Source: Scenedesmus sp. PABB004 (lineage: Eukaryota). From it: a DNA stretch of 64,000 nt. The notes below the pieces were generated by a model. That model made no database searches. It was not told the origin of the DNA and saw only the letters and a program-made list of their open reading frames with translations. The number at the start of each line of letters is the position of its first letter. Position 1 is the first letter of the stretch. Both the position numbers and the translations under genes were made by a program. Of the stretch, positions 34,602 to 47,044 are shown piece after piece. Location: positions 310,001 through 374,000 of the forward strand of contig JABVCE010000030.1 in assembly GCA_014905635.1 (NCBI GenBank), in the 5' to 3' direction.

Positions 34602-37600
34602 TCAGTGATGGTGGTGGTGGTGCGCGCTGTGCGCCGCCGCGTCGCTGTCGAGGCTCATCAGCGTCGCCAGCCCCGCGGCCGCCGCCGGCGCCTGGGGCTC
34701 GCGGGCCTTATCAGGCGTGAGCGGGTGCCCGCTGCTCAGCGCCGCGCTCGGCAGCACGCCGCCGGAGCCCTCGCCGGGGCTCGGCACCTGCAGGCGGGCC
34801 TTGAGGCCGCGCAGGCGGCGCAGCCCCTCCATCTGCTCCTGGGCGAGGCTCAGCTTGCCGCACGCGGCGCTGGACGGCGCGCCGGCGCTCGCGCCGCTGC
34901 CGCCGCTGCCGCTGATGGGCGCGGCGGCGGCCTTGCCGCTGCTCGACGCGCTCGCAGCGCGCGGCGAGGGCGGCCCGCCGGCGGCGCTCTGCTGGCCCCC
35001 CGTCCACAGGCCCGTGGTGCAGCTGCCGTTGCTGCCGCTGCTGCCGCCGGGCGCGCGCTGCAGCGACTGCCCCTGCGCCGGCAGCTCCTGGGCGTGCGGC
35101 TGCGGCAGCTGCTGCTGCTGCTGCGACGGCTGCAGCTGCGGGCTCGGCGAGCAGAACGGCGCCTCGGGCTGCACTGCGCCCGCGGAGCCGCGCGCGCCGC
35201 CGCCTGGCGCCTCTGCGCCCGACAGGCTGCCGCTGCTGCCGTCGCCGCCGCCGGCGGGCTTGCCGCGCGGCGCGCCGGCGCCGCCCTTGGTCGTCATGCC
35301 CGCCGCCGCGGCGGCGGCGGCGTACACCGAGGGCGACAGCAGCGGCGTGCCGCTGCCGCCGCCGCCGTCGAGGCTCGCGTGCGGGCTGTGCGCCGGCGGC
35401 GTCGGCGCCGCGCCGCGCGGGCTGCTGCCCGGCGCCGGCCGCGGCGCCGACATGCGCGCGAGGCCGCCCGCGCCCGCGCCGGGCGCGCGCGCGAGCCGGA
35501 ACGCGTCGCCCAGGCTCGCGAGCAGCACCTCGGGGTGCGCCTCCGGCACGCCGCGCGCCCAGTCGCAGTAGGCGGTGAGGTGCTCGCGCACGTAGGGCAT
35601 CGCGAGGATCTCGGCCACGCTCGGCCGCGCGGCGGGGTCGGTCTGCAGCAGCTCCGCGACGAGGCCGCAGAGCTGCGGCGAGCAGCCGGCCGGCAGCGGC
35701 GCGTACGCGCCGCGCATGATCTTCAGGATGATCCCGCTGATGCCGCCGTTGCCCAGGTCAAACGCCTTGGTGAGGCTCGCGAGCTCGTAGAGGATGCAGC
35801 CGAGCGCCCTGGCACAGGGCGGCGAGCGGCGTCAGGCGGCGGGGTCAGCGGCGCCGGCGGCGGGCGCGCGGGCGCGCGGCGAGGGGCACGGCGCGCGCCG
35901 CGGGCGCGCTGCGAGCGAGCGCGGCGCCGCCGCCGCGCACCAGACGTCGCTCTTCTTGCCGTAGGGCTTGTTGTCACACATCTCGGGGCTGAGGTACTGC
36001 GGCGTGCCGACGATCGTGCTCGCCATGCTCGACTCTGCAGCGCGACGGCGGGCGCGGCGTCAGCACAGCGCGGCGCGGGCGCGGCGCGGGCCCTCCAGCC
36101 GCGGGCGCGGCGCGGCGCCGGCCGTGCGTTGTGCGCTGTGGCGCGCGCGGCGCACCGGCGCCCGAGATCTTGGCGACGCCAAAGTCTCCGAGCTTGAGCA
36201 GCGGCATGCCCCCAAACGCGGGGCTGCTGGTGATGAGGACGTTGGAGGACTTGAGGTCGCGGTGCAGCACGCCCGCCGCGTGCACGTACTGCAGCGCGAG
36301 GCAGATCTGCGCGGCACGGCGCGCGGCGCGGCGCGGCGCGCGGCGGGCGTGAGCGCCGCCCGGCCGCCGCCCGCGCCGCGCGCGCGGCCGGCGCCACCCG
36401 CGCAGCCCTCCGCGCGCCGCGCCCCGCTCCCGCCCCCTCTCCACGCGCACCTGCACGAACAGCGACATGACCTCCGCCTCGGGCAGCAGCGCGCCCGCGC
36501 GGCGCTTGAGCAGGCCGCTGAGGTCGCCGCCGTTGCAGTACTCCATGACAATGTTGATGTACACGTCGTCCATGAAGCAATCGTGATACCTGGTGGTACC
36601 AGGGCGTTCGCAGGGCGGCGGCGGCGAGGACGGCGCGGCTGAGCGCCGGCGGGCGCGCCGGCCGGCCGCCGCGCGCGCGCGGCGCGGCGCCGCCGGCTGT
36701 GCGGGGCGCGGCGCGGCCGGCCACGCACTTGACGATGTTGGGGTGGTTCAGCTTTGCGAGCACCTCCACCTCGTCCATTGTCGCCGACTTTTGCTTCGCC
36801 GAGAGCGACGTCGTCTTGATCTCCTTCACCACCACGACCTTGCCGTCGGTCAGCCGCCGCGCCCTGCGCGCGCGCGCCGCGGCGCAGCCGTCGGCCGCCG
36901 CCGCTGCCCGCCGCCCGCCGCCCGCCGCCTGGCCTGCCCCCCGCTGCGCCGCCAGCCAGCCGGTGCGCCGCCTGCGCTTGCCGCGGCTGCGCCGATCCTG
37001 CGAGCAAGCTGCCGCCGCCGCCACCGGCGCGGCGCCGCCGCTGCCCCTGGCAGCGGCTGCGCCGCGACTGGCCGCCGCGCGCGCTCACCTGCAGACGCGG
37101 CCAAAGCCGCCGGAGCCGATCTCGTCCTGAATCTTGTACTCCTTGTACAGCCACTGGTGCGGCCGGGGGGTCACGCCCGCCGCTGCGGGGCCAGAGTCAT
37201 CGGACATGCTCGAGCACGAGCTGCCGCTGCGCCCGTGCTGCTGCAGACGCCGCGCCGGCGGCGGCGCCGCGCCGGGCCCCTGGTCGGGCCCGGCGCGGGA
37301 GGAGGGGCCCGCGCCCGCATCCTCGCCCCCCGCGACCTTGTTGGCCAGCAGCTGCCAGCCTGGGGGCGCGGGGAGGGCGGGGGGCAGCCGGCGTGGGCGC
37401 CACACCCGCCCGCGCGCACGCCGGCCCCCGCCGCGCCGGTGCGGCGCCGTGGAAGGCCTGGGCGGGTGGCCTGCGCCCATGGCCGCCCGCCCGGCCCCGC
37501 GGCGTCGCGAGCGCCGCCGGCGTCGCCGCCAGGCGCTCGAGAGAGCGTTCCGGCCGCGATGGGCCGGCGCGAGCGCGCGATGGCGGCCCAGCGCGCGCCG

Positions 37601-37690
37601 GGGGCGGCCTGCACGCCCCGGCCCCGCCCCTGCCCCACCTGTGAGCGTGCCGACGCTGTTCCGCCGGCCGTCAATGTTCATGGGGTCCAT
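34602..37690 (-). CDS. NIMA-related (NEK) Ser/Thr kinase
   Basis: [103 protein letters not shown]. Confidence 0.92.
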
Positions 37691-38010
37691 TGCAAACCCG
37701 TGAAGCCTCACTCAGCGCTCATTGCGCCGCGGGCGCTGGCCGCCCGAGGTGTGCTGCAGCTGGGTGTCGCCGCAGCCTGCCTTCGTGGCGTCGTGGAGGG
37801 TCTCTGTCACGCACACTGCCGCGCCCGACCGCAGGCCAGGGGGGGGGCACCGCAGCCTGCTCGCGGCGCACTGCTCAGGTTTCGGGGCGGCGCCCTTGCG
37901 CGCGCCCCGCGCCTCGCCAGCGCGTGCCGCCCAGCCCACGGATTTTTGAGATCACGCCACGCTCCTGAGGTGCGCCGCCGCAGCACGAGCGCGCGCCGCG
38001 GCGTCGGCCG

Positions 38011-38184
38011 ATGACCGCTGCGATCGAGAACTGCCTCATGAAGCTTGTGCCCCGCCGTCCAAAGTCGCGCCTGACCCGCCGACCGTGCCAGAGGCCTCAG
38101 ACTGACACGCCCGGCGCCGCAGTCCGGCCGCCCGCCGCCAGGAGGCGCGATGGCGCACCAGCTCGCGGCGACGCAGCTCGCAAC

Positions 38185-38220
<36 letters not shown>

Positions 38221-39958
38221 CGGGTGCGGCGCGGCCGAGCGGCTGGCGGCGGCCCGCCGCCGGCTCCATCGGCAGGGGGCGCGCCGGGGGCTGCGGCCGG
38301 CCCGGCGGCCGGCAGCGCGGGGTCAACCGCGGCCGCCGCCGTCGCCGCCGCGCGCAGCGCCGTCATCGCGTACGCCGACCTGGAGGTGTTGGACCAGGTC
38401 GGCGGTGAGCGGAAGGGCGCCAGGTGGCGCGCGGCCGCGCCGGCGGCGTCGAGCAGCTGGTCCGCACGCAGGCGGCGGCTTCAGCGTGGTCCACCGGGCG
38501 CTGTGGCACGGCACGGCCGTCGCGATCAAGCGCTGGTTCGGCCCCGACCTGGGCGAGGCGGCGGTCGAGGAGTTCCAGTGCGCGCGTGCGCGCGGGCGGC
38601 AGCGCCAGTGCTGCCTCTGCGCGCGCCGGCGCCGCCACGCCGCGCCGCCGCGCCCGCGCAGGCAGGAGGCGCTGACGCTGCAGCAGCTTGCGCACCCGCA
38701 CGTGGTGCAGTACCTGGGCGCCGTCATGCGCCCGCCCCACCTCTGCATCGTGACAGGCGGGGCCGCGCGGGGCGCGTGGCGCGCGGCGCGGCGGAGCTCC
38801 GCCGCGCGCCCCGTGAGACCGCATGCCACGCGCCGCCGCGGCGCGCCCGCAGAGCTGCTGCCGCACAGCCTGCACAGCGTGCTGTACGCGCAGCCGCGCG
38901 TCGCGCTCGATCGCCGGCGGTGCGGCCGGGGCGCGTGCCGCGCCGCCGCGGCGCTCCGTGGCGCCGCCGCCGCCACCACCGCGCGCCCGCTCGCAGCGTG
39001 CTGGGCATGGCGGCGGACGTCGCGCGCGCGCTCGTGTACCTCCACCACGTGATGCGCCCGGCGGTGGTTCACCGCGACGTGCGGGCCGCCGCGCCGTGCT
39101 GCGCCGCGCCGCGCCGCGCGCGCGCCCTGGCCGCAGCGCTCGCCAGCTGCCCGCCCGCCGGCGCGAGCGCGCGGACCACACGCCTGCCCGCAGCTCAAGC
39201 CCGCCAACTGCCTGGTCGACCGGGCCTGGAAGGTCAAGCTCGCCGATTTTGGGCTCGCCGCCAACAGCAAGCGGCAGGTCCGGCGCGGCGGCGGCCGCGC
39301 GGCCAGGCGGCAGGGCCAGCACGCAGCGTGCTGGCCCTGCGCAGCGGCCAGCGTCGCAGCGCTCCGGCGGCCGCCGGCTCTGCTGCAGCTCGCGAGTCGC
39401 CGCGCACCTCACGCCGCCAGGTCAACGCTGGCACGCCAGCCTACACCGCGCCCGAGCTGCTCGCGGGCGGGCCCTACAGCAGCAAGGCGAGCGCGCTGTG
39501 GACCGCCGCTGCAGCCCCTGCCTGGCTGCTCGCGCGAGCCGCCGCCGCGGCTCGGAGCGCCGCGGCAGCGAGCGCCGCCACCGGCGCTCGCAGGCGGATG
39601 TGTACTCGTTCGGTGTGCTCTTGGCCGAGCTCCTCATGCGCAGCCCGCCCTGGGCGGGCCTCGCCGCGCCGGAGATCCGCCGCCAGGCGCGGCGGCGCCT
39701 GCGGCCGCGCGCGCGGCGTTGCAGCGGCAGCCGGCTGCCGCTGCCGCCCAGGCTGGCCACGCTCACACACCGCCCGGTGCGCCGCCGCTGCCGCCGGCGA
39801 CGCACCAGGTTCTGGCGGGACAGCGGCCCGTGCTGGACCTTGCGCTGCCAAAGCCGCTGCAGGACCTGGTGTGCGATTGCTGGGCGGCGCCCGAGCAGCG
39901 GCCCGACGCCAGGGCGGTGCTCGAGCGCCTGACCGCGCTCGCGCGGCAGCTGGGCTAG
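38011..39958 (+). CDS. Raf-like/TKL protein kinase; about 10 exons
   Basis: IAYADLEVLDQVG|GGGFSVVHRALWHGTAVAIK, HPHVVQYLG, PAVVHRD|LKPANCLVD..VKLADFGL, AGTPAYTAPE, ADVYSFGVLL, CW...PEQRP. Confidence 0.88.
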
Positions 39959-40025
39959 CGCGCGCCGCCGGCGGCTGCGCGCCCGTGGCGGGGCGGGGTG
40001 GGTCGGCAGGGCGCCCTGGCCCCGG

Positions 40026-40030
40026 TTACA
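40026..40030 (-). terminator. TGTAA polyadenylation signal, probably of VTC4
   Basis: ttaca on the + strand about 390 bp beyond the VTC4 stop. Confidence 0.5.
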
Positions 40031-40417
40031 TCACGCTTGTACATAGGACGACCAAACAATCCCACGAGCCACCGCACAGCTGGAGGCCCGGAGCAGGCAG
40101 GGGCCCGTCCGGCAGCCGTGCGGCAGCCAGCGGCAGCGGCAGCCCGCCCCGGCAGCCCGTGCCGGCAGCGGCGCCGCATAAACAATGGTGAGCGCAGCTG
40201 CAAGCAAGCCCACGCGCAGTGCAGCGTGCAGGGGAGGCACGTGGGCAGGCCCGCCCCACACCCAAGGCATCTCGTTGCCCGTCCCGCTTCGCCCGGCGCT
40301 GCGGCGACGCCCCCGCCCTCCCCCCTCCGCCTCGCCCGCACTCGTGCCCCGCCCGCGCCGGCGCCCACAAGGGCCGCGCGGCACGGCCCCGCCCCCCTCG
40401 CGCCGCCGGCGCGGCGC

Positions 40418-43400
40418 TCACTGCCGCGTGTGCACGAGCGCGGCGGCCGCGTCGGCGGCGCGGCCGAGCGCGGCGGCGAGCGCCGCGGGCGAGGGCGCCG
40501 GCGCGGGCGCGGGCGCGGGGCCGGGCGCTGGGCTGGGGCCGGCCTTGGAGGCTTCGATGAACTCCAGGAAGTCAACGAACGAGACCACCAGGATGGCAAA
40601 CAGCGCCGCCACGACCGCGGCGCAGAGGCCGAGCGGGCCGAGCCGGTCGTCGAAGTGCTGGGGCTGCACGGCGCCGGCGGGGCGGGGCGGAGCGCACGGA
40701 GCGGGTGAGGCCGGCAAGCGGCGGCGTGCCCGTGGCGCCGGCGGCCCGCGCCGCAGGCGCCGCCGCGCCCGCCGCCGGCCCTGCCGCGTCCGCCGCCGCG
40801 TCCGCCGCCGGCCCGCCCCGCCCCGCGCCGCCCCGCGCCGCCCCGCTCCGCCCCGCCCCGCGCGCCGCGCCGCCCCGCCCTGCGCGCCGCGCCGCCCCGC
40901 GCGCCGCGGGCGCACCCGCTTCTTAGCGATCATGTCGCTGCGCCACTTGAAGATGAAGATCGCGTAGCCGCACATGCCGATCGCGACCGGCAGCAGCAGC
41001 AGCGCGATGATCTCGACCAGGTGCCCGCTCAGGCCCTGCGTGTGTGTGTGTTTGGGGGGCAGGGAGGCGCGAGCGCGAGGCGCAGCGGCAGCAGCACGGG
41101 TGGGGAGGGGTGAGGCGGGACGCGCGCGCGGCGGCGGGGCCGGGGGCGCGGGCGCGCAGGCGGGCGGGGTTGAGGGTTGAGGCTTGAGCCCTGCCGCCCT
41201 CAAGCCCTAAAGCCCTGGCGGCGGCGGCGCGCCTTGCCGCCCGAGGAGGAGAAGCCGAGCAGCGCGGCGGCGATGGAGCCGAGCGTGACGGCCATGTGCA
41301 GCCAGGAGAGGTACGTGCGCTCGTTGGCAAAAAAGGTCTTGGGCTCCGCGCGCATCATCGTGCCCGCCTGCACCCGCGGCGGCCGCGCACGCGGCGCACG
41401 CGGCGCACGCGGCGCACGCGTCGGCGCCGCGCCGGCGGCGGCGCCGGCGCAGCCGGCGGCGCCCACCCGGCCGCCCCCCCAACGCGCGGCGCGGGCCCTA
41501 AAACCCTAGACCGCGCGCGCGCCGCACCATCGCCGCGGGCTTGGCGCTCGGGCCGAGCAGGCGCATGAGGAAGCCGGGGCCCTCCTGCCCGCCGCCGCCG
41601 AAGCCGCGCTTCACGAAGCCACGGATCTGACCGGGCGGGCGAGGGGGTGGCAGCGCCGCGGCGCCGCGCACGGGGCCGCGTGAGCTGCGGGCGCCCGGGC
41701 GCGCGGCGCAGCGGCGCGAGCGCGGCAGGCGCGGGTGCGGCGCGGCGGCGCGAGCGCGAGCGCGAGCGCGAACGCGCCTTGGAGGGGTCCGGCAGCAGCT
41801 TGAGCGTGGGCTGGTCGCCCAGCAGCGGGTGCGTGAGGTCGTCCAGCCCGGGGGCGCGCTTGCGCGGCTTGTCGGCGGCGGGCGTCGCCATCTGCGCAGC
41901 GAGGCGGCGCGGCGCCGGTCAGCGCGCGTCGCGGCCGCCGCCGGCGACGGGCGCGACACGCGCGCGGCCGCCGCCGCCGCGCCCACCTCCTCCACCTCCA
42001 CCGCCACGTGCTGCCCCGGGGCGCTGCTGCTCGCGCCGGCCGCGCCGGCCGCGCCCGCCGGCGGCGCCGAGAGGAGCATGCTCGGGCGCACGCTCTCGTC
42101 GTCCACCCTGCAGCGCGGGGCACGGCCGTCAGCCGTCAGCGCGGCGGCGCGGGGCGCCCCGACCAGGCGCGCGCCCCGCGCCCGCCGGCCCGCGTCTTGC
42201 CGGCGCCCGCCCGGCGCCGGGGCGCGGCGGCGGCGCACCAGTAGGGCACTGCCTGGACGAGCTCGGGCGTGAGCGTGCAGCTGCCGTGAATGAACTTGCT
42301 GAACTTGTGCACCTCGGTGAGGTAGCCGCTCTCCAGCAGCTCCTGCGGGCAGCGGCGGCGTGAAGGCGGCGGCGGTGAGCAGCGCCCCGCGCGCGGCGCT
42401 GGGAGGCGGCGGCGCGCGAGCACTGACTGCACGGGGCGCACGCGGCCGCGCGGCGGCGGCGCCGGCGCACCTGCACCCACGCGGGCGCCTCCTGGCCCTG
42501 GCCGAGGCTGAGCTTGACCTCCAGCACGGCGTGGGGGAAGCGCGTGATCTCGTTGCGGTTGATCGGCAGCGACGGGTCCCTGCGGTCGACCAGCAGCAGC
42601 GCGCGGGGTGTTCAGGGTTTGGGCGCTGCGCGGGGCCGCCGCCGCGGTCCCGGCCGGCGCCCGGGCGGGCGGCGCAGCAGCGAGAACAGCGGCGGCGGCG
42701 CGGGCGTGTGTGTCACCTGTACCAGCGGCCCGCGAGCGTGCACGAGGGGCCGTCGTCGGGGTTCTCCTTGATCATGCACAGGTTGGTGTCCATGCTCACG
42801 CGCACGGTCGAGTCAAACGGAATCTGGGGTCAGGGTGTGGCGGCGGCGGCGGCGGCGCGGCGGCGGCGGGCGCGGCAGCGTTTTGGGCGTTGTGTTCAGC
42901 GCTGATCGAGCGCTGCGCCGGCAGCCCGCCCGGGCCAGCAGCCCTGCCGGCCCTGCCGGCGCGCCGCGGGCGCCGCCGCACCTGGAACGCGGTGCGCATG
43001 TACTGCGTGCGGATGAAGGGCCGGAGCTGCTTGGAGTCGATCTGCTGCCGCACCTCGGTGAAGAGCGCGGTGAACTTCTCGATCTCGCCGTCGCTCTTCC
43101 CCGCGGCGCGCAGGTCGGCGACCGCCTGCGAACACGCAGGTCGCGACGCGCGTCAGGCCCCGGCGCGCGGGCGACGCCCTCTTCCGCCCGCCAACGCGCG
43201 CCACCCGCGCCGCCGCCCGCTCCGCCGCGCCGCGCCGCGCCGCCCCGCCCCGCCCCCGCAGCCGCCCGCCCCCGCCGCCGCGCCTGGTCGAGGCCGTACT
43301 CCATCTCGAGGAAGGGCACCACCTTGCTCTCGTCCAGCGTGAACCGCTCCTTCACGCTCTCCTCGCCCTGCGCGGCAGCGGCGCGGCGGGGTCGCGTCAG

Positions 43401-45479
43401 GGTGCGCGGCGCGTGCGCGGGCGGCGCCGGCCCCGGGCTCGCGCGGCGGCGGCGCGGCGGCGCGCGGCGGCGGCGGCGCGTGCCTTCCAGCCCTCGCGGT
43501 GCGTCTTGCGCTCGATGAAGACCTTCTTGGGCTCGCCGGGGCCGTACCACCTGGCCGCGGCGGCGGCGCGGCGGCGCCCCGTGCGTCGGCGGCGGCGCTC
43601 TCCCCTCTCACCCACCACCACGCGCCTCATTCTCCCCGCGTGCCGCGCGCCTGCAGGCTCAACCCGCGCGCCGCTGCCGCACAGCCCTATCAACCCACCG
43701 GATGCGCAGCGCAATGGCGTTGGGCTTCTTGTCGAGGCGGCCGTGGTAGAGCTCGAGGTTCTCATTGTCAAAGTAGACGCTGTTGATCAGCTGCGCGTCG
43801 CCGCTGAAGTCGTCCTTGTCAAACTGCGCGTTTGGGCGTGTGTGTGTGTGGTGGGGGCGGTGGGGGTGGGTGTGGTGGGGCGTGCGTGAGTGGCGTGTGC
43901 GCGCATGAGTTGCGTGAGTGGCGTGAGTGGAGTGAGTGGCGTGAGTGTGCGCTTGCGGCCGAGCAGCGCGCCTGGAAGACGGGGAGGTGCTGCAGGATGT
44001 GGTACTTGACGTTGCTCACGTCCTCCGCGCGCACCCAGTACTTGGTGGTGCTGCGCACAAAGCCCTGCGCACGCGCGACGCGGCGGCGCGGCAGCGGCGG
44101 CGCGGCCTCGGCGCGGGCGCCGCGCGGTGCAGCGGCGGCCGCCCCGCGGCCGGCGGCCGCCCTGCGCAGCCGCGCAGCACAGCCGCGCGCGCCGCTTGCC
44201 TGCGAGGCGTCCTCGTTCTTGGTGCCGGTCGGGTCGCCGCGCAGCTGCGAGTAGGCGTTGGAGAGGTGGACGAGCACGTCGCTGTACGTCCCCTGCACCC
44301 AGGGCTGCTGGTGGAGGTGCGCGATGTAGAACTGGCGGCACGGCGCGTGCGGGAGCAGCTTGTCGTGCTTCTTCAGGATCTTGTGCACGCCCTGGCGGCG
44401 GCACGCGCGGCGCGGGGCGCGGGGCGGCGCGGGCGCGCAGGGCGGGAGGCGGGGAGGCAGCGTGTGAGCGGCGGCGCGTGGGCGGCAGCGGTTTGCGGGC
44501 GGCGGCGGCGCGTGGGCGGCGGCGGCGTGCGGGCGGCGCGGCGCGTGGGCGCGCAGGCCGGCCAGCGCGCGGCGCGGCGCAGCGCGGGGCGGCGCGGGGC
44601 GGCGTGGCGCACCATGTAGTTGAGGTTGGCGTACTTCTCCAGCGCCAGGTAGTCCTCGCCGATGACCTTGGCCTCCTGGCGGGCGGCCAGGGGCGCGTGG
44701 CCAGGGGCAGCAGGAGCGGGTGGGCGGGAGGGACGGCAAGAGGGACGGGCGGGTGGGCTGCGCGGCGCGGCGGGCGCGGGGACGCGGACGCGCGGCGCGG
44801 CGGGCGTAGCGGGCGCGCCGCCGCACCTCCATGAGCGTCTCGCGCTCGGCGTCGTTGCCCGACGCGGCCGCGCGGTCGGCCTTGGGCGCGAGGTTGGCGA
44901 GGCGCTGGCGCAGCTCCGCGACGACGCGCTGCGTGAACTTGCCCACCTTCTCAACCTGCGCGGCGGAGCGGCGGCGGAGCGGGCGCGTCGCACGCGCACC
45001 GCCGCTGCCGGCCGCTGGCCGCCGCTGGCGCCGCTGGGGGCACCGCGCGGCAGCGGCGGCGGCTTCAGCAGCGGCGGCGGCGCACCTCGGCCTCGAGCAT
45101 CTGGAAGAAGCGCTCCTCCGCCGCGTCGGTCGTCTTGGCGGCGCGCACGATCGACAGGCTGGTGGTGCGGGGCGAGAAGGCGGCGGGGCCGGAGGTCTCC
45201 GCCTCCTTGGCGGACTCCTTGATGAGGTCCTTGAGGCCCTTGTAGTCCAGGTAGAACGCGCGCCATTCCTCCTTGGCCTGCTTCTCCAGGTACTTGCCTG
45301 CGCGCCGCGGGCGGCGGCCCGGGGCGTGGAGGCGGGTCGCAGACGCGCGGTGGCGGCGCGCCGCGCGCTGGGGCCGCCCGGGCGGCGCGCAGGGCGGGGC
45401 GGGCTGCGCATCGACAGTATCGCCGCCCCCGCGCCCGGTGCGCGCCCGGCGCCCGCCGGCGCGACGCACCGAACTTCAT
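40418..45479 (-). CDS. VTC4: Vacuolar transporter chaperone VTC4 (SPX + polyphosphate polymerase + DUF202 TM domain); about 20 exons
   Basis: SPX: MKFG|KYL...YLDYKGLKDLIK, NLNY..KILKKHDK. Polymerase: FVRSTTKYWV, INSVYFDN..LELYHGRL.K..AIALRIR|WYG, VFIERKTH, SVKERF, RTQYMRTAFQ, VRVSMDTNL, FPHAVLEVKL, KFSKFIHG. TM domain: EPKTFFANERTYLSW. Confidence 0.95.
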
Positions 45480-45889
45480 GGCGCCTCGCTACGGCGGATC
45501 CGGTCGCGAGGGGTCACCCGGGCAGCGCTGGGCGGCCGGGGGCGGGTGAGGACTGCTGCTGCTCACCCCCCTGCTGGCGAGCTCGGGCGGCGGCACGGGC
45601 GGGCGCGATCGACGGCGAGTGTGCGGGCGCTCGGGCAGGCGGGCGCGCGGGCGGTGCGGAGCGGCGGCTAGACCGCGCGGGCTTGCAGTCACCGGCACAT
45701 CGAACCTTTGCGCTCGCATCACTATTCTGGGCGCGTTGCACCCCTGGCAACGCCCTCCCGCGCAGTCCCCGCAGCGCCGAGACCCACCCCAGCCCGCGCG
45801 CCCCGCCGCCGCGCCGCACGGCACGCTGCCAGGGATCGGCAGCGGCAGCCCTCCTCACCCCGGCGCGTGCAAGGCCGCCCCCGGGAACC
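45480..45889. promoter_or_regulatory. Putative bidirectional promoter shared by VTC4 and VTC1
   Basis: 410 bp lie between the two divergent ATGs (45479 and 45890). Confidence 0.6.
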
Positions 45890-46889
45890 ATGCCGGCCGA
45901 GACCATCCGGCGCACGGAGGCCAAGGCCTTCTTCGGTGCGCGGGGGCGGCGGGGGCGGCGGCGCGCCGGCGCGGGCGCCAGCGGCAGGCCGCCGCTGCTG
46001 CGGGGGCACGCCGCCGCGGCGGGGCACCGAGGCCCCGGCGCGGCCCGCCGCTGCCGCCCTGGAGCGCCCACGGCGCCGCCCCCGCGCCTGCGGCGCTCCC
46101 TCGCTCACGCGCCCGACGCCGCCCCGCCGCCACGCCCGCGTCCGCCGCCGCCGCGCAGCCAATGAGCGCACCTTCCTTCACTGGATGAACGTCTCCGTCA
46201 CGATCGGCAGCATCTCCGCAGCGCTCTCGGGTGCGCGCGCGCGCGGGCCACGCCGGCGCGCGGGCTCTGTTTGCCGCAAGGGCAGCGAGCGCCGCCCGCG
46301 CGCCCGGGGCGCGGCCCCGGCCCGCCGCCGACCCGCCCGCGCCGCCCGCCCGCCCGCCGACCCGCGCGGCGCGCGCAGGCGTGGCGGGGCACGCGCACCG
46401 CCACTGGGGCGACGACTACACCGAGTCTGCGCTGTACGTGCGCGTGATCAGCATGTTCATGCTCGCCACGTCCATCGTCATCGCCTGCTGGGGCGGCTAC
46501 AACTTCAACAACCGCGCCAACATGCTCCAGTGCGTGGCACGCCGCGCGGCGCGCCCGCGCGGCAGCGCCGCGGCCGCGGCGCCCGCCGCGCCCGCCGCGC
46601 CCGCCGCGCCCGCCGCGCGCCGCGCGCCCGCCGCGCCCGCCGCGCGCCGCGCGCCCGCGCCGCGGGCGCCTCACGCCGCGGGCGCCTCACGCCGCGGGCG
46701 CCTCACGCCGCGGGCCGCTCACGCCGCGCCCGCGCGCTCGCGCGCTCGCGCGCCGCGCCCGCTCGCAGGCTGAAGCTGGACGGGCCGTACGACTCGCGCG
46801 CGCTGCCCATCATCCTCGCCGTCACGCTCGTGACGTCGCTGCTCGTCGTCTTCGCCGGCGCCGTCACGCGGCTGCACAGCGACGCGTGA
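45890..46889 (+). CDS. VTC1: VTC1-like small DUF202 transmembrane subunit; 4 exons
   Basis: MPAETIRRTEAKAFF|ANERTFLHWMNVSVTIGSISAALS|G...VISMFMLATSIVIACWGGYNFNNRANMLQ|LKLDGPYDSRALPIILAVTLV; three TM helices. Confidence 0.87.
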
Positions 46890-47039
46890 GCCCCGGCGGC
46901 GCGCGCGCGGGGAGGGCGGGACGGCGGGGCGTGCTCGCCAGGGGCGGCTGGCGTGGCGTGGGATTTCTTCGGCCGCGCGGCGCGCACGCGCGCGCGGCCT
47001 GGGGCGCGGCCGGCCGCGCGGCAGGGGGCCTTGATTGTT

Positions 47040-47044
47040 TATAA
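47040..47044 (+). promoter_or_regulatory. Possible TATA box upstream of the ankyrin gene
   Basis: ttgattgtttATAAgggg is a rare AT patch about 525 bp before the ATG at 47568. Confidence 0.3.

Noticed and set aside
43880..43950. 9-bp gcgtgagtg tandem repeats, and similar short arrays at 29215-29285, 30740-30800 and 46580-46730, as CRISPR-like arrays
   Set aside because: No unique spacers; these are simple intronic minisatellites in a eukaryotic genome.
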